A program made the translations under genes and the position numbers. Of a DNA stretch of 32,088 nt, positions 10,774 to 19,245 are shown piece by piece (position 1 is the stretch's first letter; the number at the start of each line of letters is the position of its first letter). Below the pieces are notes generated by a model. It saw only the letters and a program-made list of their open reading frames with translations. It was not told where the DNA came from and ran no database searches. The DNA is from Candidatus Aenigmatarchaeota archaeon (GTDB taxonomy: Archaea; EX4484-52), in assembly GCA_023137195.1 (NCBI GenBank), contig JAGLPV010000014.1, positions 1-32,088 on the forward strand. The letters run 5' to 3'.

Positions 10774-10830
10774 TTGTACCACACGATAAACTGTGGGGCG
10801 TTTATGTTTTTCCCGGCAAAAAACAAAACA

Positions 10831-10863
10831 TTTAAATAATTATTATGCATTATAATGCATAAT
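10831..10863 (+). promoter_or_regulatory. TATA box TTTAAATA (10831-10838) followed by a perfect 22-bp palindrome ATTATGCATTATAATGCATAAT overlapping the start codon
   Basis: 10842-10863 equals its own reverse complement; repressor-type position. Confidence 0.75.
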
Positions 10864-11356
10864 GGCAAGACCAAAGAAAATAAAGATTGTAAATTTTGAA
10901 CCGGGCGTGACCTATTTTAAACCAAGGGCAGTTCCTCTAAATACACTACAGGAAGTCGAACTAACCATCGAGGAATTGGAGTCGCTAAGACTATCCGACC
11001 TTGAAGAATTAAGCCAAACCGATTCTGCCCAAAAAATGCACATACACCAGTCGACCTTTCAAAGGACCTTGTCAAGAGCAAGACAAAAGATAACTGATGC
11101 TTTAGTTAATGGAAAAGCGATAAAAATTAAAGGAGGTGATTACAGAATGCCAGGCGGAGACCAAACAGGACCACCAGTTGGCGGTGGTTTTAGTAGAAGA
11201 GGAGGAGGACGAGGCGGCAGATTTTTTGCTGCCGGAGCAGTAGGTGGAATTTGCATATGCCCTTCATGCAACTATGAACAAACCCATGCGAGAGGACTAC
11301 CATGCAACCAAATAAAATGTCCTAAATGCGGAGCACTAATGACAAGAAAAGTATAA
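10862..11356 (+). CDS. DUF134 (UPF0251) HTH protein fused to a Gly/Arg-rich segment and a Cys-rich Zn/Fe-binding tail
   Basis: MARPKK..YFKP, EELESLRLSD, AQKMHIHQSTFQRTLSRARQKITDALVNGKAIKIKGG; tail CICPSC..H.RG.PC...KCPKCG. Confidence 0.9.
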   Translation: MARPKKIKIVNFEPGVTYFKPRAVPLNTLQEVELTIEELESLRLSDLEELSQTDSAQKMHIHQSTFQRTLSRARQKITDALVNGKAIKIKGGDYRMPGGDQTGPPVGGGFSRRGGGRGGRFFAAGAVGGICICPSCNYEQTHARGLPCNQIKCPKCGALMTRKV

Positions 11357-11363
11357 CTCCAAC

Positions 11364-11405
11364 TTGCACTGTTTTTTAGGGGATTTCCCCTATTCAGTGT
11401 CGCAA
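11364..11405 (+). other. Intergenic stem-loop
   Basis: CACTG(11367-71)/CAGTG(11395-99) enclosing TAGGGG-ATTT-CCCCTA. Confidence 0.5.
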
Positions 11406-11451
11406 TAGAAATCAAATAAAAATTAAATTAAACAAAAAAAGGTGAATAGAG

Positions 11452-12186
11452 ATGAAAATAGCAATATCAACACAGGAAGATAATATCGACAGTAAAATTG
11501 ACCAGAGATTTGGAAGATGTATGTATTTTCTTATAGTCGACATAAAAAACAAGAAAATAGCAAATGCAGAGGCTTTTGAAAATGAGGGCAGGATACAAGG
11601 ACACGGCGCGGGAATAAAAGCGGCGCAACAGGTTGGAGAACTGGACGTTGAAAACGTAATAACAGGAGCAGTCGGACCTAACGCAGAAAATGTGCTTAAC
11701 CAGATGGGCGTGAAAATATATCATGCCTCGGGAATAGCCAAAGAAGCAGTTGAGGATTTTATCAATGACAAGTTAGGCAAAATAACAGAAATTTCAGAAC
11801 CGCACCCAACATCAGCAAAACCAGATGAAGAGGAAGAAAAAGAAGACAAAATATTCATTCCTTTGTTGGACAACATGGGAGAAGATTCTCAAGTTTCGCC
11901 GCATTTCGGACATGCTCCTTTTTTTGGGTTGTATGATTTAAAGACGAAAAAATTGACTATAACAGAGAATAAACTTGACCATAGCGACCCGCTTAAGTCA
12001 CCTGTCGACCAGATTGTCGAGGCAGTCCATCCGACAATTGTTCTTTCAGAGATGATGGGGCAAAGAGCAGTCAAATTATTTTCTGAAAAAGGAATTTCTC
12101 TTAAGACAGGACCATTTAAAACAGTAAAGGAATTGATAGAAAATTCAGATAAGATGGAAGATTTGACCAAAGACTGTGGACATTAA
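11452..12186 (+). CDS. Tandem NifB/NifX-family (FeMo-co-binding fold, Orange-protein-like) protein
   Basis: Domain 1 MKIAI..RFGRCMYF..GAGI..ITGAVGPNA; domain 2 KIFIP..PHFGHAPFF..MGQRA; SD AGGTGA. Confidence 0.9.
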   Translation: MKIAISTQEDNIDSKIDQRFGRCMYFLIVDIKNKKIANAEAFENEGRIQGHGAGIKAAQQVGELDVENVITGAVGPNAENVLNQMGVKIYHASGIAKEAVEDFINDKLGKITEISEPHPTSAKPDEEEEKEDKIFIPLLDNMGEDSQVSPHFGHAPFFGLYDLKTKKLTITENKLDHSDPLKSPVDQIVEAVHPTIVLSEMMGQRAVKLFSEKGISLKTGPFKTVKELIENSDKMEDLTKDCGH

Positions 12187-12209
12187 ATAAAAAGAGGTAA
12201 GCCGACAAC

Positions 12210-13052
12210 ATGAAAATAATAGGGATAACAGGAGGAAAAGGAGGAACAGGCAAATCAACTATTGCCACTGCTCTTGCCTATAGTCTGGCAAAAAACAAGA
12301 AAGTGCTTTTGGTAGATGCAGATGTGGATTGTCCAAATGACCATCTTCTTTTAAACATCAAAAGAACATTAATCAAAAAAGTCAACCAGAGAATTCCTGA
12401 ATGGAACTTAAGCAAATGTACCAAATGCGGTCTATGCGGAACTGTGTGCAAGTCCAATGCAATAGTCTCGATAAAAAACAAAACTCCTATTTTTATGAAA
12501 CAGCAATGTAATGGTTGCGGTGCATGCAAAATTATATGCCCAACTGGAGCAATCAGCTGGGATGAAAAAGAAATAGGTGAGATTTATTCAGGGAATAATT
12601 ACAATATTGATTTTTTGTCAGGTCAGTTAAAAACAAACGAACCTGTCTCTGAATTTATAGTAAACTCATTGAATGAAATCATTGAAGAAAAGAAAAAAGA
12701 TTATGACTATGTTATAATAGATACTGCTGCAGGAACTCATTGTCCGGTTATAGCGGCACTCGAAAACTGCGACTTGACCTTTGCAGTAACTGAACCCACT
12801 CCACTAGGGAGCCATGATATGGAACTGATATTGGGGCTATCCAAAAAACTCAAAATTCCTATGTCTATTGTACTTAACAGGTCGGATATAGGAGATGAAA
12901 AAATGACCGAACAGCTTGCCCGAAAATACAATACAAAAATACTGGCAAAAATACCTTATTCAAAAGAGATTATTGATTGCTATTCGAAAGGAAAACCAAT
13001 ACCGGAAAAATACATTAATGATTTATTAATGGAGGCAACTAAACATGAATGA
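12210..13052 (+). CDS. MinD-superfamily P-loop ATPase with inserted 2x[4Fe-4S] ferredoxin
   Basis: GGKGGTGKST, DADVDCPN, CTKCGLC..C and CNGCGAC..CP, DTAAGTHCPV, VTEPTPLG. Confidence 0.93.
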   Translation: MKIIGITGGKGGTGKSTIATALAYSLAKNKKVLLVDADVDCPNDHLLLNIKRTLIKKVNQRIPEWNLSKCTKCGLCGTVCKSNAIVSIKNKTPIFMKQQCNGCGACKIICPTGAISWDEKEIGEIYSGNNYNIDFLSGQLKTNEPVSEFIVNSLNEIIEEKKKDYDYVIIDTAAGTHCPVIAALENCDLTFAVTEPTPLGSHDMELILGLSKKLKIPMSIVLNRSDIGDEKMTEQLARKYNTKILAKIPYSKEIIDCYSKGKPIPEKYINDLLMEATKHE

Positions 13053-14286
13053 TGCTCTAAAGAAAGGACAAAAGGCGGCAGGGATTGCAACAATAGCAAC
13101 TATTTTGCTTGCAGCAGTCAAAGGAATCGTCGGCATCATTTCAGGAAACATTCTTATTATAGCAGATGCTATTCACAGCGCGGCAGATGTTCTTGCAATA
13201 TTTGCTTCATGGTATGGTCTGAAAATTTCACAGAGAAAACCTGATGAAAAATTTCCTTATGGCTATTATAAAGCAGAAAATATTTCAACATTAATTGTAT
13301 CTGTATTTATCTTTTTCATAGCATACAGACTTTTTACAGAAAGCTATAGCCGAATTTGGGTAGTGGAGGAATTAAAAATACCTTTTATTGTATTATCTGT
13401 CTCTTTAATGTCGGCAATTGTTTCTTACAGAATAGCAAAATACGAGGAAAAGATAGGCACCCAAATAAATTCGCAAAGCCTGATGGCAAATTCTTATGAA
13501 TCAAAAATGGATGTTGTAACATCCCTGATAGTTTTTGTGGGTTTGATTTTATCGTATCTAAAAATAAATTATGTGGCGGGTGTTATTGGAATTCTGTTTT
13601 CCTTTTTGATAGTAAAGATTGGCTACCAAAATGCTAAAATCAGTATCTTTTCTCTTATGGATGCAAGCCCGGATACGAAACTGGAAAAGAATATTGAAAA
13701 AATAATTCTGAATGTCCAGGGGGTGATGGATATTTCCCATATAAAACTAAGGCAATCTGGGTTGTTTATTTTTGGAGTAGCAAATATCAAAGTACTCAAG
13801 CATCTTGATGTTAAACGAGCTCATCAGATAGCTGATATCATAGAAGAAAAAATCAAGAAAAAATACCCGCACATTGAATCCTTTATTATTCGGGTAGAGC
13901 CATACAAACCGGAAAAACAAAAAATAATCATTCCTTTGGACGAAAACAAAGGTCTTGACTCAAGAGTTACCGGGCATTTTGGAAGAGCAAAGTATTTTTT
14001 ATTTGTTCTGATAAAGGATAAGAAAATTGAATCATGGCACATAAAAAGCAATCCTTTCATCAATGAAAAGGCAAGGGCTGGTCTTGATGCGGCAAAATTT
14101 GTTCTGGAGGAAAAAATTGATGTGGTTGTCCTGCAAAAAATCGGGGAAATTGCTTTCCATACGTTAAGAGACAACTTTGTTGATTTGTACATTACTCATG
14201 GAAAAACTCCTAAGACAGTTATTCACAATCTAATTAATAACAAATTAAAAAGGCTTCAAAAGCCAACACATGCAAGTGATAAATAA
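13045..14286 (+). CDS. Cation diffusion facilitator (FieF-like) fused to a C-terminal NifB/NifX domain
   Basis: ADAIHSAAD, PDEKFPYGYYKAE, six TM segments, ZT-dimer region AHQIADIIE, then IIIPL..GHFGRAKYF. Confidence 0.92.
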   Translation: MNDALKKGQKAAGIATIATILLAAVKGIVGIISGNILIIADAIHSAADVLAIFASWYGLKISQRKPDEKFPYGYYKAENISTLIVSVFIFFIAYRLFTESYSRIWVVEELKIPFIVLSVSLMSAIVSYRIAKYEEKIGTQINSQSLMANSYESKMDVVTSLIVFVGLILSYLKINYVAGVIGILFSFLIVKIGYQNAKISIFSLMDASPDTKLEKNIEKIILNVQGVMDISHIKLRQSGLFIFGVANIKVLKHLDVKRAHQIADIIEEKIKKKYPHIESFIIRVEPYKPEKQKIIIPLDENKGLDSRVTGHFGRAKYFLFVLIKDKKIESWHIKSNPFINEKARAGLDAAKFVLEEKIDVVVLQKIGEIAFHTLRDNFVDLYITHGKTPKTVIHNLINNKLKRLQKPTHASDK

Positions 14287-14287
14287 A

Positions 14288-15166
14288 ATGAAAACAATAA
14301 CAATATTATCGGGGAAAGGAGGCGTTGGGAAAAGTAGTATCACTGCTTCTTTGGCAATAACTTTAGCAAAAAGAAGAAGAATCATCTGTGCAGACTGCGA
14401 TGTAGATGCATCAAATCTTGCGCTGGTATTTGGAATCAAAGAGAAAGATTTTGAAGAATACCTGCCGATTTCAACAATTCAGAAGGCAGTGTTTGATCTC
14501 TCAAAATGTAATTCATGCAGGAAGTGCTTTGAAGAATGTTATTTTGATGCGATTGAGTTGGTCAATGACAAGCCAAAATTGAAGGAGTTTAGCTGTGAAG
14601 GGTGTGGCGTGTGCCAGCTGGTTTGTCCTGTGGATGCGATAAAACTAGTGGATGAAAAAAATGCAAAAATAGGTTATGCCAAGACAAAATATGGTTTCAG
14701 GATTTTTTCAGCGCAGTTGGATGTCGGGGCTTCGGGGTCCGGAAAAATAGTTTCTGCGGTCAAGAAGAAAGCAGAAGCATTGGCGCAGGATGCAGAGATA
14801 ATGCTTGTTGATTCATCGGCAGGTGTTGGTTGTCCTGTGATTGCATCTGTATCAGGAAGTGATTATGCTCTCCTGGTAACTGAACCCACGCCGTCTGGAT
14901 TTTCTGACATGAAAAGAGCTATAAAAATAGTCAATCACTTCAATATTCCTTATGGCATTGTTGTAAATAAGCATGATATAAATGAAGAATATACAAAAAG
15001 GATTGAAGAATTTGCAGAAAAAAACAATGCGCAAATTCTCTCGAAGATACCTTATGATAAAGCATTTGTCAAGGCTCTTGTGAATCTGGTTCCTGTTGTG
15101 GTTTTTGATAAAAAGTATGAGAAATTGTTTGAAGAGATTGGCAGTAAAATTTTGCTACGGCTATAA
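14288..15166 (+). CDS. Second MinD-superfamily ATPase with 2x[4Fe-4S] ferredoxin insert
   Basis: SGKGGVGKSS, DCDVDASN, CNSCRKC..C, CEGCGVC..CP, SGKIV, GVGCPVIAS, VTEPTPSG. ATG 14288 follows the CDF stop. Confidence 0.93.
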   Translation: MKTITILSGKGGVGKSSITASLAITLAKRRRIICADCDVDASNLALVFGIKEKDFEEYLPISTIQKAVFDLSKCNSCRKCFEECYFDAIELVNDKPKLKEFSCEGCGVCQLVCPVDAIKLVDEKNAKIGYAKTKYGFRIFSAQLDVGASGSGKIVSAVKKKAEALAQDAEIMLVDSSAGVGCPVIASVSGSDYALLVTEPTPSGFSDMKRAIKIVNHFNIPYGIVVNKHDINEEYTKRIEEFAEKNNAQILSKIPYDKAFVKALVNLVPVVVFDKKYEKLFEEIGSKILLRL

Positions 15167-15195
15167 ACTTATAAATTTTAATCATCAATAATGTT

Positions 15196-16713
15196 ATGCT
15201 CTCAGATGGAATTACCTATAAAATAGTGCTTTGCTTTGCTGTACTTTTGGCAGGATTTATAATTTCTAAAATAGGGGAGCGATTAATAACATACCTATGG
15301 AGAAGAAAATACAGAGTATCTATTGAAAGGGTTCAGATAGCCCATATTTATGCACTTGGAATTAACATACTGGCGATTGTCATTGCTCTTAGTTTTTTGA
15401 AGATAAATATAACTGAAAACACATTGGTTGAACTTTACAGCTACTTTCCTTTTGTTTTGTCAATAGTTCTGCTCGGGATATTGATAGTCCTTCTTGTAAG
15501 GGTCGTATTTTTTGCAATAGATAAATTTTTGTCTACAAGTGGGCTTAAGGATATAGTTGAGGAATATGATCAGGAGCAAAACATGACTAATTTTTTGTTC
15601 ATCCTTAAATATGTTTTGTATGTTGTATTTGGTCTTATTGCATTAACGTCTCTTGGAATCAATATAGATTCAACTGTGCTTTTGTTCAAAGGCATTTTAT
15701 ATCCTTTGTTGATATTTGGGTTGGTCATATTGTTTGTTGGCATAAAGCCCTACGTGGAAAATACCTTTTCCGGGTTGTTCCTGAAAAAAATGAATTTTTT
15801 AAGGGTCGGCGAGAAAATTAAGATTAAGAAAGAGATTTACACAATTTCTGCTTTGAAAAAACAAGGTCTTCTTTTGAAAACAAAGACAAATTATAATATG
15901 TTCATTCCATACAAGCGAGTATATGAAGAACAGGTAACGTACAGGGAAATAATGTATGATTTGGCAACTCTTGAGAAAATAAAAAATCATTTTCTTGCCC
16001 AGTACCCGAGCCATTGCGGACCTGCTTCTGTTTCTATAGTTCTGAAGATATTCGGTCATAATATAGGTCAGGAAGAAATAGCAAAGCAGACAAAAACTGT
16101 AGTACCTAAACAGAAAAGGCTGGACGGGACAAAGATTCCGGGCGGAACAAAACCAAAAGATTTAATTCGGGCTGTTGAGAAACTAACAAAAAATAAAGTG
16201 AAGGGTGTTTGGATTAATATAGACAGGATTAATGATTTGAAAATGGAATTGAAGACATGGCTGAACAATAAGGCACTAATTATCATTGACTACAAAAAAA
16301 GTTTTTTATTTCCTGAGGCAAAGACAGCGCATTATTCTGTTTGCTTCTCCATTCGTGGGGAGGAACTGCTCATAATAGATCCTGGTCTAAAAAAAGGAGG
16401 GGTGTATTATGCAGACATAAAGAAAGTATATCTTGGGATGAATACTTATTCAGAACTGTTGAAAGAGAAAAGAGGATATATTGTTCTGGCACCAAAAGGG
16501 ACTACTGCATATCATAGGATAGAGGAAGGGCTGATTTATTCAGATCCTGATTTGTACAGGAATCTTAATAATAACCTGACAAAGGAATTGAACCGGCTTA
16601 TGCAAAAGGCAGGCAAGCTTGAGGATATTCTTCCAAAGAGTATAAAGAAAATAGTTGATGATTACAAGAAGAAAGAAAAGGTGACACGTGTGTGGAGACC
16701 TAAGAGTAACTAA
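15196..16713 (+). CDS. MscS/CmpX-like membrane channel domain fused to a papain-like C39/phytochelatin-synthase-like peptidase domain
   Basis: Multiple TM helices, then VENTFSGLFL..LRVGEKIKI..LKTKTNYNMFIPY (MscS beta domain); then QYPSHCGPASVSIVL, AHYSV, LLIIDP. Own TATA (TTATAAA ~15169). Confidence 0.8.
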   Translation: MLSDGITYKIVLCFAVLLAGFIISKIGERLITYLWRRKYRVSIERVQIAHIYALGINILAIVIALSFLKINITENTLVELYSYFPFVLSIVLLGILIVLLVRVVFFAIDKFLSTSGLKDIVEEYDQEQNMTNFLFILKYVLYVVFGLIALTSLGINIDSTVLLFKGILYPLLIFGLVILFVGIKPYVENTFSGLFLKKMNFLRVGEKIKIKKEIYTISALKKQGLLLKTKTNYNMFIPYKRVYEEQVTYREIMYDLATLEKIKNHFLAQYPSHCGPASVSIVLKIFGHNIGQEEIAKQTKTVVPKQKRLDGTKIPGGTKPKDLIRAVEKLTKNKVKGVWINIDRINDLKMELKTWLNNKALIIIDYKKSFLFPEAKTAHYSVCFSIRGEELLIIDPGLKKGGVYYADIKKVYLGMNTYSELLKEKRGYIVLAPKGTTAYHRIEEGLIYSDPDLYRNLNNNLTKELNRLMQKAGKLEDILPKSIKKIVDDYKKKEKVTRVWRPKSN

Positions 16714-16806
16714 AAGAGGTTCTGTTAATCTTGCCGTATAGTTTATATCTAAAATTAACCTATCTTTTTTCCTGATTATTCTACAGAAACTATAGAATTG
16801 CAAATA

Positions 16807-16867
16807 ATTGTATGACCACAAAATAATGCAATTTTTTAATATTTAAATAGTTTTGTGGTCATACAAT
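16807..16867 (+). promoter_or_regulatory. Perfect 17-bp inverted repeat enclosing the TATA box of the Fic gene
   Basis: ATTGTATGACCACAAAA(16807-16823)-N27-TTTTGTGGTCATACAAT(16851-16867); TTTAAATA at 16842-16849. Confidence 0.75.
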
Positions 16868-16870
16868 ACT

Positions 16871-17800
16871 ATGGTCATTATAGAAAAGATAAAAAGAAAT
16901 GAAAAAGAATATTATTACATCAGCAAGAATTTCAGAATCAGTAAAAACAAATGGAAAAAAATCAGAAAATATGCAGGAAAAGAAAAACCGGGAAAAACAG
17001 AAATTAAGGAAATGGCATGCCAAATAGAAAAAGAAGCTGAAAAACTCGGATTAATCAAAAAAACAGGAAGATTCAGGTATCTAGAAGATAATGAAGCAGA
17101 AGTTCTGGAAGACTTAAAAGAATCTTATAAAAAATGGTTTGGCAAACTCCCTATTGAAATAAAAGAAAAATATTACGATGATTTTCTAGCAAGATTCACT
17201 TACAACACAAATGCAATAGAAGGAAATACTTTGGGTTTAAGAGATACTAATTTGATTTTGCAGGACAATATCATACCTGCTGATGCCACCACTTACGAAT
17301 ATAATGAGGTCATCAACAGTAGAGAATGCATGACTTTTATTAAATCGCATGAAGGCGAATTAAATAATAGTTTTTTGCTTAAAATCCATAGTATTTTAAC
17401 CAAAAATACAAAAGTAAAAATTATCGGCAAATATAGGACTCATGAGGTAATTATAACGGGTTCTGAGCATATAACGCCTCCTTTTAAAGAAATAGACAGA
17501 TTAATGAAACAATTTTTTGTGTGGTACATAAACAATAAAAATAATTTTCATCCTGTTGAAATAGCATCTCTTATCCACACAAAATTCACAAGAATACATC
17601 CTTTTGGTGATGGCAATGGAAGAACAGCAAGGGTCATCAGCAACTTCATTCTTTTAAAAAAAGGGTATCCTATGTTTTTTATTGAGAACAAAGACAGGAG
17701 AGAATATTATAAAGTACTGGAATTGTCAGACAAAGGAGATGAAAGACCATTTATAAAATTTGTATTTGACATGATTGTGAGTCAAATAAAGATAAGATAA
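16871..17800 (+). CDS. Fic/Doc family protein (class II, internal inhibitory motif) with a basic N-terminal domain
   Basis: HPFGDGNGRTAR; TNAIEGN; N-terminal EYYY..NFR..KKIRKYAG. ATG 16871 preferred over TTG 16853. Confidence 0.93.
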   Translation: MVIIEKIKRNEKEYYYISKNFRISKNKWKKIRKYAGKEKPGKTEIKEMACQIEKEAEKLGLIKKTGRFRYLEDNEAEVLEDLKESYKKWFGKLPIEIKEKYYDDFLARFTYNTNAIEGNTLGLRDTNLILQDNIIPADATTYEYNEVINSRECMTFIKSHEGELNNSFLLKIHSILTKNTKVKIIGKYRTHEVIITGSEHITPPFKEIDRLMKQFFVWYINNKNNFHPVEIASLIHTKFTRIHPFGDGNGRTARVISNFILLKKGYPMFFIENKDRREYYKVLELSDKGDERPFIKFVFDMIVSQIKIR

Positions 17801-17846
17801 ATTTTAGATGCTCATTGGTCATAAGAATTAGTATAATCAAAATATC

Positions 17847-17874
17847 TAAATATATAATGTCCATTATATAACAG
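17847..17874. other. dif-like palindrome TAAATATATAA-TGTCCA-TTATATAACAG between convergent genes
   Basis: 11-6-11 layout with ATATAA-N6-TTATAT core; perfect inverted repeat TATATAATG/CATTATATA. Confidence 0.35.
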
Positions 17875-17912
17875 AAATTATATTAACGACAGAACAAATA
17901 GAAATACTCCTT

Positions 17913-18518
17913 TCAAGCAAAATCCCTGCTTATCTTACTATGCTGAACCCCTTTCTGATTCTGGTACTTAGAATTCCTGCTTTTATGCCCATAAGGGACT
18001 TCACATGCAGATGTCATCTGGTACAGAACCAGCTGGCATATTCTCATTCCGGGATACAGCATCACAGGAAATTTCCCTACATTTGCAAGTTCCAATGTGA
18101 TGGTTCCGCAAAATCCGGGGTCAATATAACCGGCCGTAACATGAATCATTATTCCTAATCGTCCAATAGAAGAGCGACCTTCAACAGCGGCAACCAAATC
18201 ATGCGGTATTTCAACATGTTCTTTAATGGTTCCAAGAACAAATTCGCCCGGGTGGATTATGAATGATTTTTTCATCTTGTATTTTGTGGTGTATGTATTT
18301 TCTATGATGCTTGTGCTGTCTGTTTCCCTGCGGTAAAGTTCCTTGTCCTCGTAGTTTTTTGGATCAATTATCGAGTGGTCTGATAATTTAAACACCTGGA
18401 ATTCATCGCCCAGTTTTAAATCAATAGAACTTGGACCCAGTTGTTCCTTGAGGTCAAGCGGTTTGATTACTAAATCTTTTTCAAGCCTTTTTTTTATATC
18501 TCTGTCAGAAAGTATCAT
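17913..18518 (-). CDS. dcd: dCTP deaminase
   Basis: MILSDRDI, PSSIDLKLG, EGRSSIGRLGI, AGYIDPGFCGTITLEL, GMRICQL, KYQNQ. Confidence 0.96.
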   Translation of the reverse strand: MILSDRDIKKRLEKDLVIKPLDLKEQLGPSSIDLKLGDEFQVFKLSDHSIIDPKNYEDKELYRRETDSTSIIENTYTTKYKMKKSFIIHPGEFVLGTIKEHVEIPHDLVAAVEGRSSIGRLGIMIHVTAGYIDPGFCGTITLELANVGKFPVMLYPGMRICQLVLYQMTSACEVPYGHKSRNSKYQNQKGVQHSKISRDFA

Positions 18519-18645
18519 AGTATCTAATATTTAATTAATCAATAAGCTTTAAAACATTTCAATAAACATAATACCAGAGCAGAATGATTAGATTTAAAAA
18601 TTGCTGATAAATGAAGAGTGACGGGCGATATGACTGCATAAAATT

Positions 18646-19209
18646 ATGTTTTTGAAACTTAATTCAAAGGAAAAAAGATTGTATGGCGTTCTTTTGTTTT
18701 TGGTAAAATTTTTCCTGTTGTCTCTGGTTCTTCACTTTTTAATCTGGCTGAATATAGACATGACAGGTATCCAGAACTTTGTTGCACAAAGCATTCATCT
18801 TATTCTTACTATTACAGGATTTTCGATAACAAAAACAGGCGTATTCTTCATATTAAAGGATTCTACGGGAACTTTGTTTGCGGAAATCACCCGAGATTGC
18901 ATTGCGTGGAAATCTATTTTGGCGTATGTCTGCCTTATTTTTGCGACAGAAGTTAAGGCAAAAAAGAAAAAAAGAAAACAAAAGAAAACATTTTTTGAAT
19001 CATTGGAAGGATATAAAAAAGTCAGGGCGATGTTGATTGGCAGTGCGATAATATTTTTTGCGAATATTGTCCGGCTTGTAACAACATTTGCTTTTGTTCA
19101 TATCTATGGAATAAAGTATTTTGATTTTATTCATAATATTTTATGGCAGGGAGGGATGATGATTTTGATAATTGCTTTGTGGGATTTTATGAGAAGGAAG
19201 TATTTGTGA
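18646..19209 (+). CDS. Archaeosortase/exosortase family membrane transpeptidase
   Basis: Hydrophobic protein with the family Cys-Arg-His positions: EITRDCIAW, ANIVRLV, FIHNILWQ. Confidence 0.85.
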   Translation: MFLKLNSKEKRLYGVLLFLVKFFLLSLVLHFLIWLNIDMTGIQNFVAQSIHLILTITGFSITKTGVFFILKDSTGTLFAEITRDCIAWKSILAYVCLIFATEVKAKKKKRKQKKTFFESLEGYKKVRAMLIGSAIIFFANIVRLVTTFAFVHIYGIKYFDFIHNILWQGGMMILIIALWDFMRRKYL

Positions 19210-19245
19210 GCGATTTTTTCTTTAATGGTTTTAATGCCCCTTGGT

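Noticed and set aside
11452-15166. Nitrogen fixation or cell-division (Min) locus
   Set aside because: No nifHDK, no radical-SAM NifB and no minC/minE; these folds occur widely in non-diazotrophic anaerobes.
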